Below, piece after piece: positions 10,114 through 19,947 of a stretch of DNA of 64,000 nucleotides. Location of the stretch: the NCBI GenBank assembly GCA_038245295.1, contig JBBRSP010000004.1, positions 160,001-224,000 on the forward strand, written 5' to 3'. The notes below the pieces were generated by a model that saw only the letters and a program-made list of their open reading frames with translations, was not told the DNA's origin and made no database searches. This DNA is from Candidatus Binatia bacterium (GTDB lineage: Bacteria > Desulfobacterota > Binatia > HRBIN30). Numbering within the stretch: the first letter of the stretch is position 1; every line of letters starts with the position of its first letter. The translations under genes and the position numbers were made by a program.

Positions 10114-10494
10114 ATGGCGGCAATGGCGGACAAGCATGACGCGTTGGAATCCGTACCGGTGGCGATCGAGGCGGTCGCCATGCGCATCGATGAACTGGTC
10201 AACGTCTTCGGCCCGGCGGCGCGCCCGTTGCTCGAGAGCGTCGGCGAGGGGTTACGCCGCGCCATGGCCAGCCGTGACCGTGGCGATCGGGCCCAGGCGT
10301 TGCGCGAGATCGGCGGCGCCATGGATCGGTTGGCGCAGCTTGCCGACAGTCTGGATCCCGCCGAAGCGATGATGATGCGCGCCGTCGCACAAAGCTTTCG
10401 CACCGCCCTTGGGCGCGGCGACGAGGCGCGAGCCAAGCACGACGCCGCGGCGATGTTGCAGCGCTCCGGTGCCGTCGAAAGGAAGAAGAGCTAG
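10114..10494 (+). CDS. Hypothetical alpha-helical protein
   Basis: 126 aa ORF divergent from yciI, protein-like composition, no recognised motif. Confidence 0.6.
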   Translation: MAAMADKHDALESVPVAIEAVAMRIDELVNVFGPAARPLLESVGEGLRRAMASRDRGDRAQALREIGGAMDRLAQLADSLDPAEAMMMRAVAQSFRTALGRGDEARAKHDAAAMLQRSGAVERKKS

Positions 10495-10553
10495 AGCCAG
10501 CTCGGGCGGTCATCCTTGTTTCCGCCCAGGCGCTCAGGCAAAGCTCGCCGTCG

Positions 10554-12164
10554 TTGAAGACTTCTCGTCCAAGCGGCGCCGTCGGCGGCCACGATCTGAG
10601 GACACGCCTGCGCTGGTGTGCCGTGCTGGCGTTTTATTGTTTCTTGCGCCTACGCGTGCTCGATGTGCCGCTCGAACGCGATGAAGGTCTCTACGCGACG
10701 ATTGGCAACGCCATCCGACACGGCGATGTGCTCTATCGAGATATCTTCGATCACAAGCCACCCGGGTCGTTCTACATCTTGGCGCTGGCGACGGCTCTCA
10801 TACCGCCAACAGTCCTTGGCCTACATGGCTTCCTGCTGCTGTGGAACCTGCTGACCGGCCTTGCCGCCGCCTCGGTGGCAGGCCGCCTCATCGACGCCAG
10901 CGCCGCGTTGTGGACCTTCTTCTTCTTCGCGATTGCCAGCAGTTCCCCATCGGTCGAAGGTTTCGCCATTACGAGCGAGATGCTTCTGCTGTTGCCCTTA
11001 ACCCTGTCGCTGCGCCTGGCACTCACCGCATACGATGCCTCCGCGGGCCCAACCCGGCTCTTTTGGTGGCTGGCCAGCGGCGGCCTCGCCGGACTGTCGT
11101 TCTGGATCAAACAACCCGCCGCATTGGCCGCGTTCATCGTGCCACTGACACTGGCGGTTGTGACGTGGAAGCAGAAGACTCGCGGAACCGCCGCGATCGG
11201 CTTCTGGCTGCTGGGCGGTGCCTTGATGTCCGTCGTCGTCGTTCTGCCCTCACTCTGGTGCGGAGTATTGGGCGAGTTTTGGTATTGGTCCTTTCAACAC
11301 AGCCTGTTGTACTCGCAGCTCGAAGTCACTGACTGGATGGGCCGAATCTTCGGCCATGTCATCAACCTCGGCCGCGATGTCGGGATGCTCGTGTTGATCT
11401 CCTTCGGCGGCGCCGCCGTCGCCCCCCGCACCGAGCGCCCGCTGGCGTTGTTGGCACTCGCCTTCCTGGGGCTATCGGTTGTCAGCGCCTTCCATTCGCC
11501 TTTTCTATACCTCCACTACTTCGCCCTGTTGGTGCCGGCATTGGCGATCGCCGCCGGATGTGGAGCCACATGGCTCGTCGCGCGCACCACACGGATCGAC
11601 AACCGTGTCGGCGCGGCGTCGGCGGCTACCCTGGCTCTTTTCACCCTCGGAGCACCCATGCTGGAGCGCTCCTGGTACTGGTGGAACCCGAACCCCAATA
11701 CGGTCATCCACCGCAGCCTGGGTATCCAGGGATTCGAATCCAGTGCCATGCTGGCGGACTACATCCACGACCACACTGCCGACCACGAACGAATCTTCTT
11801 CTACGGCTCGGAACCGCAGATCTCGTTTCTCGCACAACGCCGCGACATCAATCCATTCGTCATGGTGTACCCGCTTACCTGGCCGTGGCCACGGCACCGT
11901 GAATTCCAGGAACGGGCGTGGCGCGAGTTCGTCCGACAGCGACCAACGTATTTGCTCCTGTCACATTCTCCGTTCAGCCTGGTACGCTCGCCGCTAGTGG
12001 ACCCTTTTCTGGAACAGCAACTGACGGCGGTTGGCCGGCGCGAGTACCACTTCGAGGCAGCGGCGATGCGCGATGCCGACGGCGCCATCACGCTGCGCTT
12101 CGTGCCGCCAAGCGCCGCCGAGCAGCAATCCATCTTCTGCGAGATCTGGCGCCGCAACGACTGA
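10554..12164 (+). CDS. GT39/ArnT-PMT-like membrane glycosyltransferase
   Basis: ERDEGLY, DHKPPG, many TM segments, HYF motif; start uncertain. Confidence 0.8.
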   Translation: MKTSRPSGAVGGHDLRTRLRWCAVLAFYCFLRLRVLDVPLERDEGLYATIGNAIRHGDVLYRDIFDHKPPGSFYILALATALIPPTVLGLHGFLLLWNLLTGLAAASVAGRLIDASAALWTFFFFAIASSSPSVEGFAITSEMLLLLPLTLSLRLALTAYDASAGPTRLFWWLASGGLAGLSFWIKQPAALAAFIVPLTLAVVTWKQKTRGTAAIGFWLLGGALMSVVVVLPSLWCGVLGEFWYWSFQHSLLYSQLEVTDWMGRIFGHVINLGRDVGMLVLISFGGAAVAPRTERPLALLALAFLGLSVVSAFHSPFLYLHYFALLVPALAIAAGCGATWLVARTTRIDNRVGAASAATLALFTLGAPMLERSWYWWNPNPNTVIHRSLGIQGFESSAMLADYIHDHTADHERIFFYGSEPQISFLAQRRDINPFVMVYPLTWPWPRHREFQERAWREFVRQRPTYLLLSHSPFSLVRSPLVDPFLEQQLTAVGRREYHFEAAAMRDADGAITLRFVPPSAAEQQSIFCEIWRRND

Positions 12165-12268
12165 GTGGGGATCGAACGGCAAGCCGCCCGCTGCACACGA
12201 GCGGCGGCTCGCCCGGCTTGCCATTCACGACAGGCCGTGGTTCGTGCCAATCGGAGGGAGAAAACACT

Positions 12269-12652
12269 ATGGCTCTAGTTGCGACGGTCACCATGCTCGC
12301 TGTCCTGGAATACTTCGCCTTCGCGATGCTGACGGGACGAGCCCGCATCACCTACAACGTTGCGGCGCCGGCGACCACCGGCCATCCGATCTTTGAACGC
12401 TACTACCGGGTGCAACAAAACAGTCTCGAACAACTCGCCGTCTTCCTGCCCAGCCTGTGGCTCTTCGGCTCGTATATCAACGCGTCGGCGGCGGCCATCC
12501 TCGGTCTCGCCTTCATTGTTGGGCGCCTCCTCTATTTCCGCGGCTACGTCGAGGATCCGAGCAAACGCGGAACCGGCTTTGCCATCGGCCTCGTCGCCAC
12601 GGTCATCCTTGCTCTAGGAGCCCTGGGCGGCGCTGTGATCGCGGCACTGTAG
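12269..12652 (+). CDS. MAPEG family protein
   Basis: ATG 12269 after GGAGGGAG; APATTGHPIFERYYRVQQNSLEQ and GRLLY..GY. Confidence 0.9.
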   Translation: MALVATVTMLAVLEYFAFAMLTGRARITYNVAAPATTGHPIFERYYRVQQNSLEQLAVFLPSLWLFGSYINASAAAILGLAFIVGRLLYFRGYVEDPSKRGTGFAIGLVATVILALGALGGAVIAAL

Positions 12653-14451
12653 CCGGCGATCGCCCCGCCAACGCAATCAGCGCGATGAGCGCCCAGAATG
12701 TGAATTAGACCTCACGCACGGTGAGCGGATCCTGCGCTAGAGAAGCAACCATCAAGGCGAAAATCCCCAAGGCGGCAGCCGTCGCCGTGCGACGGTGCGA
12801 CGCGATTGCGCGATCAAGCGCCCGACGGGTCTCGAGCAGAATCGCGCCGACAAGCGGCACGTGGCTGAACAGGCCAACCACGCCGATCTCGCTCAAGATC
12901 TCGAGGTAGAAATTGTGGGCCGAGGTCCAGAAGGGCATTGTCGACCTGTGCGCATGTGGATTCAGGCTGGTGTCGAAACGCGGGTGACGGATTACGAAAT
13001 CAAGCCGCGCCCGCGGCGAGGCCGGCCGGGTCAGCAGCAGTTGCGTCACCGACCAACGCTATTCGACGGGAATCGGTCCCCAGCCGCCAGTGGTACTTTC
13101 AATCGTGTCACCGGCCAAGGCGTCGAGGTGCTCGAAGTTGACCATACCACTCGCGTTCACCCAACGATCGAGCTTGGCACCAACGCCGATCCCGGAATCG
13201 TTGCCGCCGGCTCCGGCCGCAACGATTCCGCCGGGCGGATTCAACTTCCATAACGAGAAACGGCCGATACCGATCCCCAGAAGCAGCCGCTCGCGCCATA
13301 ACGCCACGCCACGCCGCCAATACACCACTCGGTCGGCAAGAATGTCATTCGCCGGCCGACGCAGGTTGAGAGCCATCAAGGCCACATCACCAACACTGGC
13401 CGCCCGTGAATGGTCGATGTCGCGCCGCAGATCCAGACTGGTCACCACTGCCAGGCTAGCACCCGCCAAAGCCACGGCCCCCAAGCAGGCGAACAACGCA
13501 AGGCGCTGGCGCCGGGGTGAGGCCGCCAAGCCAAGACGTTCCGGGTTCTTCCAATACAGACCGGCCGCAACTACCCCACTCGCGAAGGTCCCGACCCAGC
13601 CCGAACGCGAGGCGGCGCTCGTTATGGCGAAGGCGAGCAACAGGCCGGTACTCGCCAGCCACACATGTCGGTATCGACCACGCCAGGCCAAGCAAATCGA
13701 CTGAGGCAAGAGCAGACCGAGATACGCCGCCAGCGTATTGTTGTCCGGCCAGGTCGACGTGATGCGAAACAACAACGGGTTTCCGTGCCCCGGCATGGGC
13801 CCCGGCGCAAAATGCCAGACCGATTGTGCAACGCCGATCACGGCACAGGCGAGGACGCCGGCAAACAACGCCGACTCGAGATCGCGCAAGCGGATCCCCA
13901 AACCCGGCGCACGCAACGCAAACCACCACAGCGCCGCCTCACTGAAGACAAGTGTATGGCGCAGGACCACAAATCGATCGCCGGGAAAGGCGGCGAGCCT
14001 GGGAGCGAAGTACCACCGCAAAGGCTCGGCGAGAAAATCCGAAACGCCAACACCAACATCACGATATTCCATCAGCACGGTCAGGAAGGAGCTCGCTACG
14101 ACCACAACGAAGATCGTCTGGCTGAGATCAATCGGCGAACACTTGCCGCCTGGATGGCGCCAAAGGGCGCGCACCATCAGGGGTGGCAAAGCGCCAATGA
14201 GGAGATGCTCCGACAACGAAAGACCATCGCGCTCGAGACCGGCTCGTGAAACAATCGGTAGCAATGGTGCGCAAACGACAATCAGCTGAACGGCACGACG
14301 CGGTGCCACGATGGCGAGAGTCATGGCCCCACCGAGCAAACACCAACGCAGCCCCCCCGTATGCGGCGCCGGATGCCGCCCATGCCGCCGCACCGAGCAA
14401 TGCCACGGCGATGAACAGGAGGAACCCCTAACTGATCCGTGCGAAGGTCAC
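12603..14451 (-). pseudogene. O-antigen ligase/Wzy-like pseudogene
   Basis: Motifs DNNTLAAYL, SRSGW, LLGIGIG and AHNFYLEILSEIG are split by in-frame stops at 14428-14430, 13059-13061 and 12705-12707 and a frameshift at C7 14352-14358. Ends are approximate. Confidence 0.75.
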
Positions 14452-14600
14452 CGACCGCGGTCGACTACGCCAACCATCTGCCCAACGCAACTCAGGCCCC
14501 GGCGCCCATTGTTCGCAGGTTCGCGAAGCGGACAGATCAATTTGTCGTCGGTGGGACAGGCAAGCCGAGAGCTGCGACACGCCGTGAGGTTCGGACCTTC

Positions 14601-14616
14601 CGGCATATGGGTTGCT
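14601..14616 (+). promoter_or_regulatory. Sigma54 (-24/-12) promoter upstream of usp
   Basis: CGGCATATGGGTTGCT, i.e. GG-N10-GC with GGCA and TTGCT. Confidence 0.6.
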
Positions 14617-14687
14617 GATCTGCCTAAGTATGGATGAGAGTTGTTGCGGCGAGGTCCGCGGCAACACTCACGTGGGAGGTACTTCCG

Positions 14688-15173
14688 ATGTTCAAACGAA
14701 TTCTTGTCCCCGTAGACTTCTCTGATTCAGCCCTACAAGCACTCGACTACGCGATCGACCTTGCCAGAAAATTTAAGGCCGAGCTGGTGGTCGTGCACGT
14801 CTTGGAACCCGTCTACTACCCAGGCGCCGGCGATATGTACGGGGTCTACGACATGAGCTCGGCGTATCGCGAGATCGAGCGCGCCGGCCGCGAGCAATTG
14901 GCGCATTTAGCAAGCCAGCTGCGCGCCAAGCGTCTCTCTGTCCGCACGCTCCTGCTGGTGGGCTCCGCGCCCTATGCGATCGCGGAAGCGGCGAAGAAGC
15001 AGAAGGCCGATGTGATCGTCATGTCGACACACGGGCGCACCGGGTTGGCGCACGTGCTCCTCGGTAGTGTCGCTGAAGGAGTGCTGCGCACGGCTACCTG
15101 TCCTGTACTGACGGTGCGGCGCGGCAAGTCGACCAAGAAGGCGGCGCAGCGCCGCACAGGGAGTAAGAAATGA
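14688..15173 (+). CDS. Universal stress protein (UspA family)
   Basis: ILVPVDFS, DVIVMSTHGRTG..LGSVAE..CPVL; GGAGG RBS. Confidence 0.93.
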   Translation: MFKRILVPVDFSDSALQALDYAIDLARKFKAELVVVHVLEPVYYPGAGDMYGVYDMSSAYREIERAGREQLAHLASQLRAKRLSVRTLLLVGSAPYAIAEAAKKQKADVIVMSTHGRTGLAHVLLGSVAEGVLRTATCPVLTVRRGKSTKKAAQRRTGSKK

Positions 15174-15709
15174 AGACCAACGACAAAGCTACGATCCGCA
15201 GCCTCAGTCGCAAAGGGGCAAAAAGCGGCAAGAGCGCCACACGAGCCGGTCACACCGCTCCCGAGCATGATCCCAGCGTCTGCAAACGGTGCGGCGCCGT
15301 TTTTACGCGACGCACCTGGCGCCGTGACCATCGTCTGACCCACGGCGTCCTCACGAACACCGCCTGGGTCGTGTGTCCGGCGTGCGAACAGATCAAGGGT
15401 GAAACCTATAACGGACGCGTCATCGCCCGCGGGGCCGGGGTGGCTGCCAAAGAGGCCGCCATCCACAAACGCGTGACCAACGTGTCGGCACGGGCCGAGT
15501 TTACTCAGCCGGAGCATCGCCTCGTGTCGATCAGCAGCGAAGGGGCGACCATCGAGATCCTCACGACTTCCCAGAAACTGGCGCATCGCGTCGCCCACGA
15601 GCTCAAGAAAGCGTTCGGTGGCAGGACCACGTATACCTGGTCTGATCGTGACGGATCGCTCCTCGCCACCTGGATGTACAGTGGCAGCGCCGTCAAGCCG
15701 GCTCGCTAA
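15170..15709 (+). CDS. BCAM0308/NMD3-like Zn-finger protein
   Basis: CKRCGAVF...W, CPAC, TTSQKLAHRVAHEL; ATGA coupling to usp. Confidence 0.75.
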   Translation: MKTNDKATIRSLSRKGAKSGKSATRAGHTAPEHDPSVCKRCGAVFTRRTWRRDHRLTHGVLTNTAWVVCPACEQIKGETYNGRVIARGAGVAAKEAAIHKRVTNVSARAEFTQPEHRLVSISSEGATIEILTTSQKLAHRVAHELKKAFGGRTTYTWSDRDGSLLATWMYSGSAVKPAR

Positions 15710-15866
15710 GGCTCGGACCGACCTTGGCGAGCCACAAGGGTTCCCGCCCCTCTGACGCGGCGTCGGCGAACGGTAATGTAGGAAGTGCGAAAAGGGACGT
15801 CTCAACTCTTGGAACTCAGCTCCGACAGCTAGCCTTACCCGTGCGCATCGAGGTTCGGCACCTGTC

Positions 15867-15882
15867 TGGCAGGGGATTTGCG
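15867..15882 (+). promoter_or_regulatory. Sigma54 (-24/-12) promoter
   Basis: TGGCAGGGGATTTGCG, GG-N10-GC. Confidence 0.55.
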
Positions 15883-15928
15883 AAACACTCTGCAGTCAGT
15901 GGATCAAGAATGGAAGGGGGATCGGACG

Positions 15929-15982
15929 ATGAGAGTCAGCCAAGTAATGAAGCAGGGCGTGTGCTACAACCCGAAGGGATAG
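15929..15982 (+). pseudogene. Possible truncated CBS-domain gene remnant (17 codons)
   Basis: MRVSQVMKQGV resembles a CBS-protein start; purine-rich RBS and sigma54 motif upstream; runs into the 3' end of the convergent gene. Confidence 0.35.
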
Positions 15983-17955
15983 GTATCTGGCACGCCGTGA
16001 ACCTCGGGCCCGGCCAGTGGCACTACCGCGCGGGTTTCATCGAACCATACATACTCGTCGAACTGCATGGGCAACACGGCCTGGAAGTAGTGGCTCGCCA
16101 ACTCCGTCTCAGGTCGGTAGATGACGCCGATGGCGCGTTCGAGACGCGCGTGGCTAAGCTCATCCCGAACTTCGGGCCGTCGCGGCCGGCGTAAGGCGAG
16201 CAGGAACGCCTCGACCGAGGAGTCATGGCACAGGCGCTCGTAGCTATCCGCATGGGCCGGCCTTATGTGCTTCACCTCCATCGGCGCGTCCCAGTCACTT
16301 GCGGCCGCCACAGTCCCGTGGTCGGTTCCAAAGCCGACGAGATAGGCAGCCTCGCCAAAAGCTGCACGCGCCAACTGTCCGACATTCAGCTCGCCACGCG
16401 CCCCCATCTCCGTCGCCTTGGCATTGCCAACATGCGAGTTGTGTTCCCAGATAACCGCCTTCGCCGTCGGTCCGCGGAACGCGAGCAAGAGTTGGAGCGT
16501 CTCGAACATGTGCTCATCACGCAAGTTCCACGACTCGCGTGAGCCGTAGTACATCGTCCGGTAGTAGCGTTCGGCATTGGCGACGAGATGCGCGTTCTGC
16601 AATCCGTCGAGATAACACCCGCCGTCGGCCCGCTGGTACTCCAGCCGCTTGTCGAGCATATCACGCAGCATTGCGACGACCTGTTCTTCGCAGCCACGGT
16701 ACGAGCCGCTGACGACGGCGCGGCCATAGGCGGCCGGATCGCTCTGCCAAGGTGTGAGGGAGCCGTACCGTTCGCGCGCCACCACGGCGGCGGCAGGGTC
16801 GACGCGATCGAGGTAGCGCAGCACGGCGGCGATCGAGGTAAAGAGACTGTAGAGATCGAGGCCATGGAAACCGGTGCGGCGCTCCGGCTCGGCAAGGCTA
16901 GCGTTGTGGTCGCGCAGCCAATGCACGAACTCGGCAACTTCGCGATTGCGCCACATCCAGGTTGGAAAACGCGTGAAGGCTTTCCAGGGTACGAGTGGGG
17001 TGTCGAGGTGGCGCACGTAGTGATCAACCCGTGCCGCGTCGGGCCAGTCGGCCTCTACGGCAACCAAGTTGAAGCCGCGGCGCTCGATCAGCTCACGCGT
17101 GATGCGCGCTCGCATCCGATAGAACTCCGACGTCCCATGTGTCGCTTCGCCGAGCAGGACAACTCGCGCCTCGCCGATACGCTCGAGTAGCGCGTCGAGA
17201 TTGGCCGCCTCGATACTGTCCAAGGGCTCAGCCGCCTCACGTACCAGCTTGACGATGCCCTCGGGCCGGCTGACGCTGGGTCGACTCGTGCCCCCCGACT
17301 GCCCCGAGTCCTCCCAGCCTTCGGCTCCAATCAGCGGCACGAACCGCACACCGCCGAGGCTCTCGCGCGTGAAATGCCCACTGCGACGGCACACACGAAT
17401 CAACTCCTGGTCGCGTGGCGTCGAACCGATGGGAATCACCAGACAGCCACCGTCCGCCAGTTGCTCCAGGAGCGGGCCCGGCACCTCAGGCCCACCGGCG
17501 GCGACGACAATCCCATCGTACGGTGCGTGCTCTGCCCATCCGAGTGTCCCGTCACCATGCAGCACCCGCACATTCGCGTACCCAAGCACCTCAAGCCGGC
17601 TCTCGGCCGCGGCCGCCAGTTCGGCGTGGCGCTCTATCGTATAAACTTCCGCGGCGATCCGGCTGAGTACCGCGGCCGCGTATCCCGAGCCCGTTCCGAC
17701 CTCGAGAACCCGACCGTGCGCCTGCAAACCCAACGCTTCGAGCATGAGAGCGACGATATACGGCTGCGAGATCGTCTGCCCCGTTTCAATCGGCAACGGC
17801 CCGTCCTCGTAGGCAAATTCTGCCAGCTCACCGGCAATGAACTGCTCGCGTGGCACGGAACGCATCGCCGCCAAAACCACGGGATCGCGAATCCCGCGGG
17901 CGACGAGATGTGTCTCTACCATGCGCCCACGTTCGGCAATTCGATCGTCCATCAT
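15964..17955 (-). CDS. pcm: Protein-L-isoaspartate O-methyltransferase fused to an erythromycin esterase domain
   Basis: GQTISQPYIV, VLEVGTGSGY, APYDGIVV, then LLGEATHGTSEFY, EADWPD, WNLRD and HNSHVG. Confidence 0.9.
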   Translation of the reverse strand: MMDDRIAERGRMVETHLVARGIRDPVVLAAMRSVPREQFIAGELAEFAYEDGPLPIETGQTISQPYIVALMLEALGLQAHGRVLEVGTGSGYAAAVLSRIAAEVYTIERHAELAAAAESRLEVLGYANVRVLHGDGTLGWAEHAPYDGIVVAAGGPEVPGPLLEQLADGGCLVIPIGSTPRDQELIRVCRRSGHFTRESLGGVRFVPLIGAEGWEDSGQSGGTSRPSVSRPEGIVKLVREAAEPLDSIEAANLDALLERIGEARVVLLGEATHGTSEFYRMRARITRELIERRGFNLVAVEADWPDAARVDHYVRHLDTPLVPWKAFTRFPTWMWRNREVAEFVHWLRDHNASLAEPERRTGFHGLDLYSLFTSIAAVLRYLDRVDPAAAVVARERYGSLTPWQSDPAAYGRAVVSGSYRGCEEQVVAMLRDMLDKRLEYQRADGGCYLDGLQNAHLVANAERYYRTMYYGSRESWNLRDEHMFETLQLLLAFRGPTAKAVIWEHNSHVGNAKATEMGARGELNVGQLARAAFGEAAYLVGFGTDHGTVAAASDWDAPMEVKHIRPAHADSYERLCHDSSVEAFLLALRRPRRPEVRDELSHARLERAIGVIYRPETELASHYFQAVLPMQFDEYVWFDETRAVVPLAGPEVHGVPDTYPFGL

Positions 17956-17967
17956 GGCCCTCAGCGG

Positions 17968-17983
17968 AGCAACAACTCTGCCA
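17968..17983 (-). promoter_or_regulatory. Sigma54 (-24/-12) promoter for the pcm fusion
   Basis: Minus strand TGGCAGAGTTGTTGCT, close to consensus TGGCAC-N5-TTGCW. Confidence 0.6.
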
Positions 17984-18088
17984 ATGCAACGCTGACACCC
18001 CAACCGAATTGAGCCAAGCGGCGTTTCCTAGAGCTGCGATCAAGCGCACCGAACGCCCCCCGTAGAGGCCAGGCCCCGCCGGCTGCGA

Positions 18089-18766
18089 TTACCGTCGTCT
18101 GGCGCGCGTCCGGCTAAGCTGCCAGTGGTCGATCGCAGCCGCAATCGCAGCGCCCAGGCAGGCGGCCGCCATGTCCTTTTGCGCATCCCAGACATCGCCC
18201 TGCGTCCCGAGATACGCCGTACCGGCGGCGGGATCGGCAATGCTGGCAACGACCCACTCGATCAACTCGTAAGCGACGCTCCAAAACGCCACGGCGGCGA
18301 AGCTCAAATACGCCAAAGACGTCGCTCCGAGGTTGACACGGCGGCGCAGGGCCAACTCGCGAATCGGACGCAACATGAGAAGGCCGAAGCTGAAGTGGAC
18401 GAGGCGGTCGTAGTGATTGCGCGTCAGCCCGAGTAGCTCTCGCATCCAATCACCAGCTGGCACCTCCGAATAGGTGTAGTGGCTGCCGATCGTATGCAAC
18501 GCCAGGAACACGGCTGCCTGCGCGTAGGACTGATCCGAGAAGCGAAACCGACGATACGTCAGAACGGCAAGCGGAAGCCCGACGAACGTGAGAAGATTCT
18601 CGAGGACCCAGTCAGCGCGGTTCACCGGCTGGATTGCCAATATTGCCCAAAGAGCAACAAAGATGACGAGGCATGCAGCCGGGATTCGGTCGGCGGAACG
18701 GCTCGATCGAGTCACGCCCCGTCCTAAGCGCGGTGCCACGGGAAGCACAAGCAGATCGACCGCCAC
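18089..18766 (-). CDS. DUF2238 (YjdF-like) inner membrane protein
   Basis: DWVLEN, HYTYSEVP, RNHYDRLVHF, YELIEW, GTQGDVWDAQKDM; start uncertain. Confidence 0.88.
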   Translation of the reverse strand: MAVDLLVLPVAPRLGRGVTRSSRSADRIPAACLVIFVALWAILAIQPVNRADWVLENLLTFVGLPLAVLTYRRFRFSDQSYAQAAVFLALHTIGSHYTYSEVPAGDWMRELLGLTRNHYDRLVHFSFGLLMLRPIRELALRRRVNLGATSLAYLSFAAVAFWSVAYELIEWVVASIADPAAGTAYLGTQGDVWDAQKDMAAACLGAAIAAAIDHWQLSRTRARRR

Positions 18767-18846
18767 AGCTTGCCTGCCGGGGAATGGTTGCGGTAGGTGT
18801 CACGGTCTCGCGGTGGTGAAGAGAATATGCCGCGAACGAGGAATGT

Positions 18847-19074
18847 TTGTTGTACTTGCGTCATTCGTCACCCTTCAGCGCCGTACTCGTGGCGACACAG
18901 ACGGTTTGGCTCGTCGCGTCTGTGGCGTTTGCCATACTCACCAGCCTGGCGGATGGCGGCGCCATCTTCTCTCCCCAGATGCGGACGGGAGACACCGGCA
19001 GCTTCAGTCAGAGCAAGCTGCACCCTATGGAAGCAACCATGGAGCGTCAGTTGGAAGCCGAGAGCAGCACCTGA
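18847..19074 (+). CDS. Small membrane ORF at the head of the EPS operon (possible deletion remnant)
   Basis: 75 aa with one hydrophobic stretch; GAGGA upstream; stop overlaps the next ATG (TGATG). Confidence 0.4.
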   Translation: MLYLRHSSPFSAVLVATQTVWLVASVAFAILTSLADGGAIFSPQMRTGDTGSFSQSKLHPMEATMERQLEAESST

Positions 19075-19943
19075 TGTCTGGCGCGGTTCTAAACGCCCTC
19101 AGCATCGACGTAGAGGAGTACTTCCACCCCAATGCCATGGATGATGTCGTCGCACCGGCGCAATGGGACTCGTTGTCGCCGCGTGTCGAGGCCAACACCC
19201 GACGCATCCTGGATCTACTGGATGAGTCTTCGGTACAGGCGACATTCTTCGTCCTCGGCTGGGTGGCCGAACGCTCGCCGCAACTCGTCCGCGACATCGC
19301 CGCCCGTGGCCACGAGGTTGCCTCGCACGGGCATACCCACCGTCTCGCCTATCGTCTCGGCCCCGAGAAGTTCCGCGCCGACGTATACCGCGCCAAGCGC
19401 AGCCTGGAGGACCTCCTCGGCCGACCGGTGCAAGGTTTCCGCGCCGCGAGTTGGTCGGTTGTCGATACCAGTTTGTGGGCGCTCGATATCCTCATCGAGG
19501 CCGGCTTCCTCTACGACTCCAGCATCTTCCCCATTCGCCATGATCTCTACGGCATCCCGAATTTCGACCGTTTCCCGGCGTACATCGAACGCCCGTCCGG
19601 ACGCATCCTGGAAATCCCGGCCAGCACGGTGCGTTGGGGCGGCGCGAACTGGCCGGCGGCCGGAGGAGGCTATTTACGCCTGTTGCCGTTTGCGTTCACG
19701 CGTTGGGCGATTCATCGATTGAACGAACGCGAACACGCTCCGGCCATGGTTTACCTGCACCCGTGGGAGCTCGACTCGGAACAACCGCAACTGCCGGCGA
19801 GCTGGGTCACGCGAACGCGGCAGTATCACAACATCCACCGCACCGAGCCACGACTGCGCCAACTGCTCGCCGAGTTTCGCTTCGGGCCGTTGCGGGAAGC
19901 GTTCGCCGGCGCTTTCAGCCCTTTGCCCGACGGTTGGTCGTAG
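19074..19943 (+). CDS. XrtA-system polysaccharide deacetylase (TIGR03006/DUF3473-like)
   Basis: NALSIDVEEYF, ATFFVLGWVAE, HEVASHG, YDSSIFP, GGGYLR, YLHPWELD. Confidence 0.9.
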   Translation: MSGAVLNALSIDVEEYFHPNAMDDVVAPAQWDSLSPRVEANTRRILDLLDESSVQATFFVLGWVAERSPQLVRDIAARGHEVASHGHTHRLAYRLGPEKFRADVYRAKRSLEDLLGRPVQGFRAASWSVVDTSLWALDILIEAGFLYDSSIFPIRHDLYGIPNFDRFPAYIERPSGRILEIPASTVRWGGANWPAAGGGYLRLLPFAFTRWAIHRLNEREHAPAMVYLHPWELDSEQPQLPASWVTRTRQYHNIHRTEPRLRQLLAEFRFGPLREAFAGAFSPLPDGWS

Positions 19944-19947
19944 GCTC

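Noticed and set aside
12705..14430. Stop-codon reassignment or readthrough to explain the in-frame stops
   Set aside because: TAG and TAA terminate many normal genes in this window, and a frameshift is also needed; pseudogenisation is simpler.
18779..18792. Sigma54 promoter for the EPS operon
   Set aside because: GG-to-GC spacing is 9 nt, not 10.
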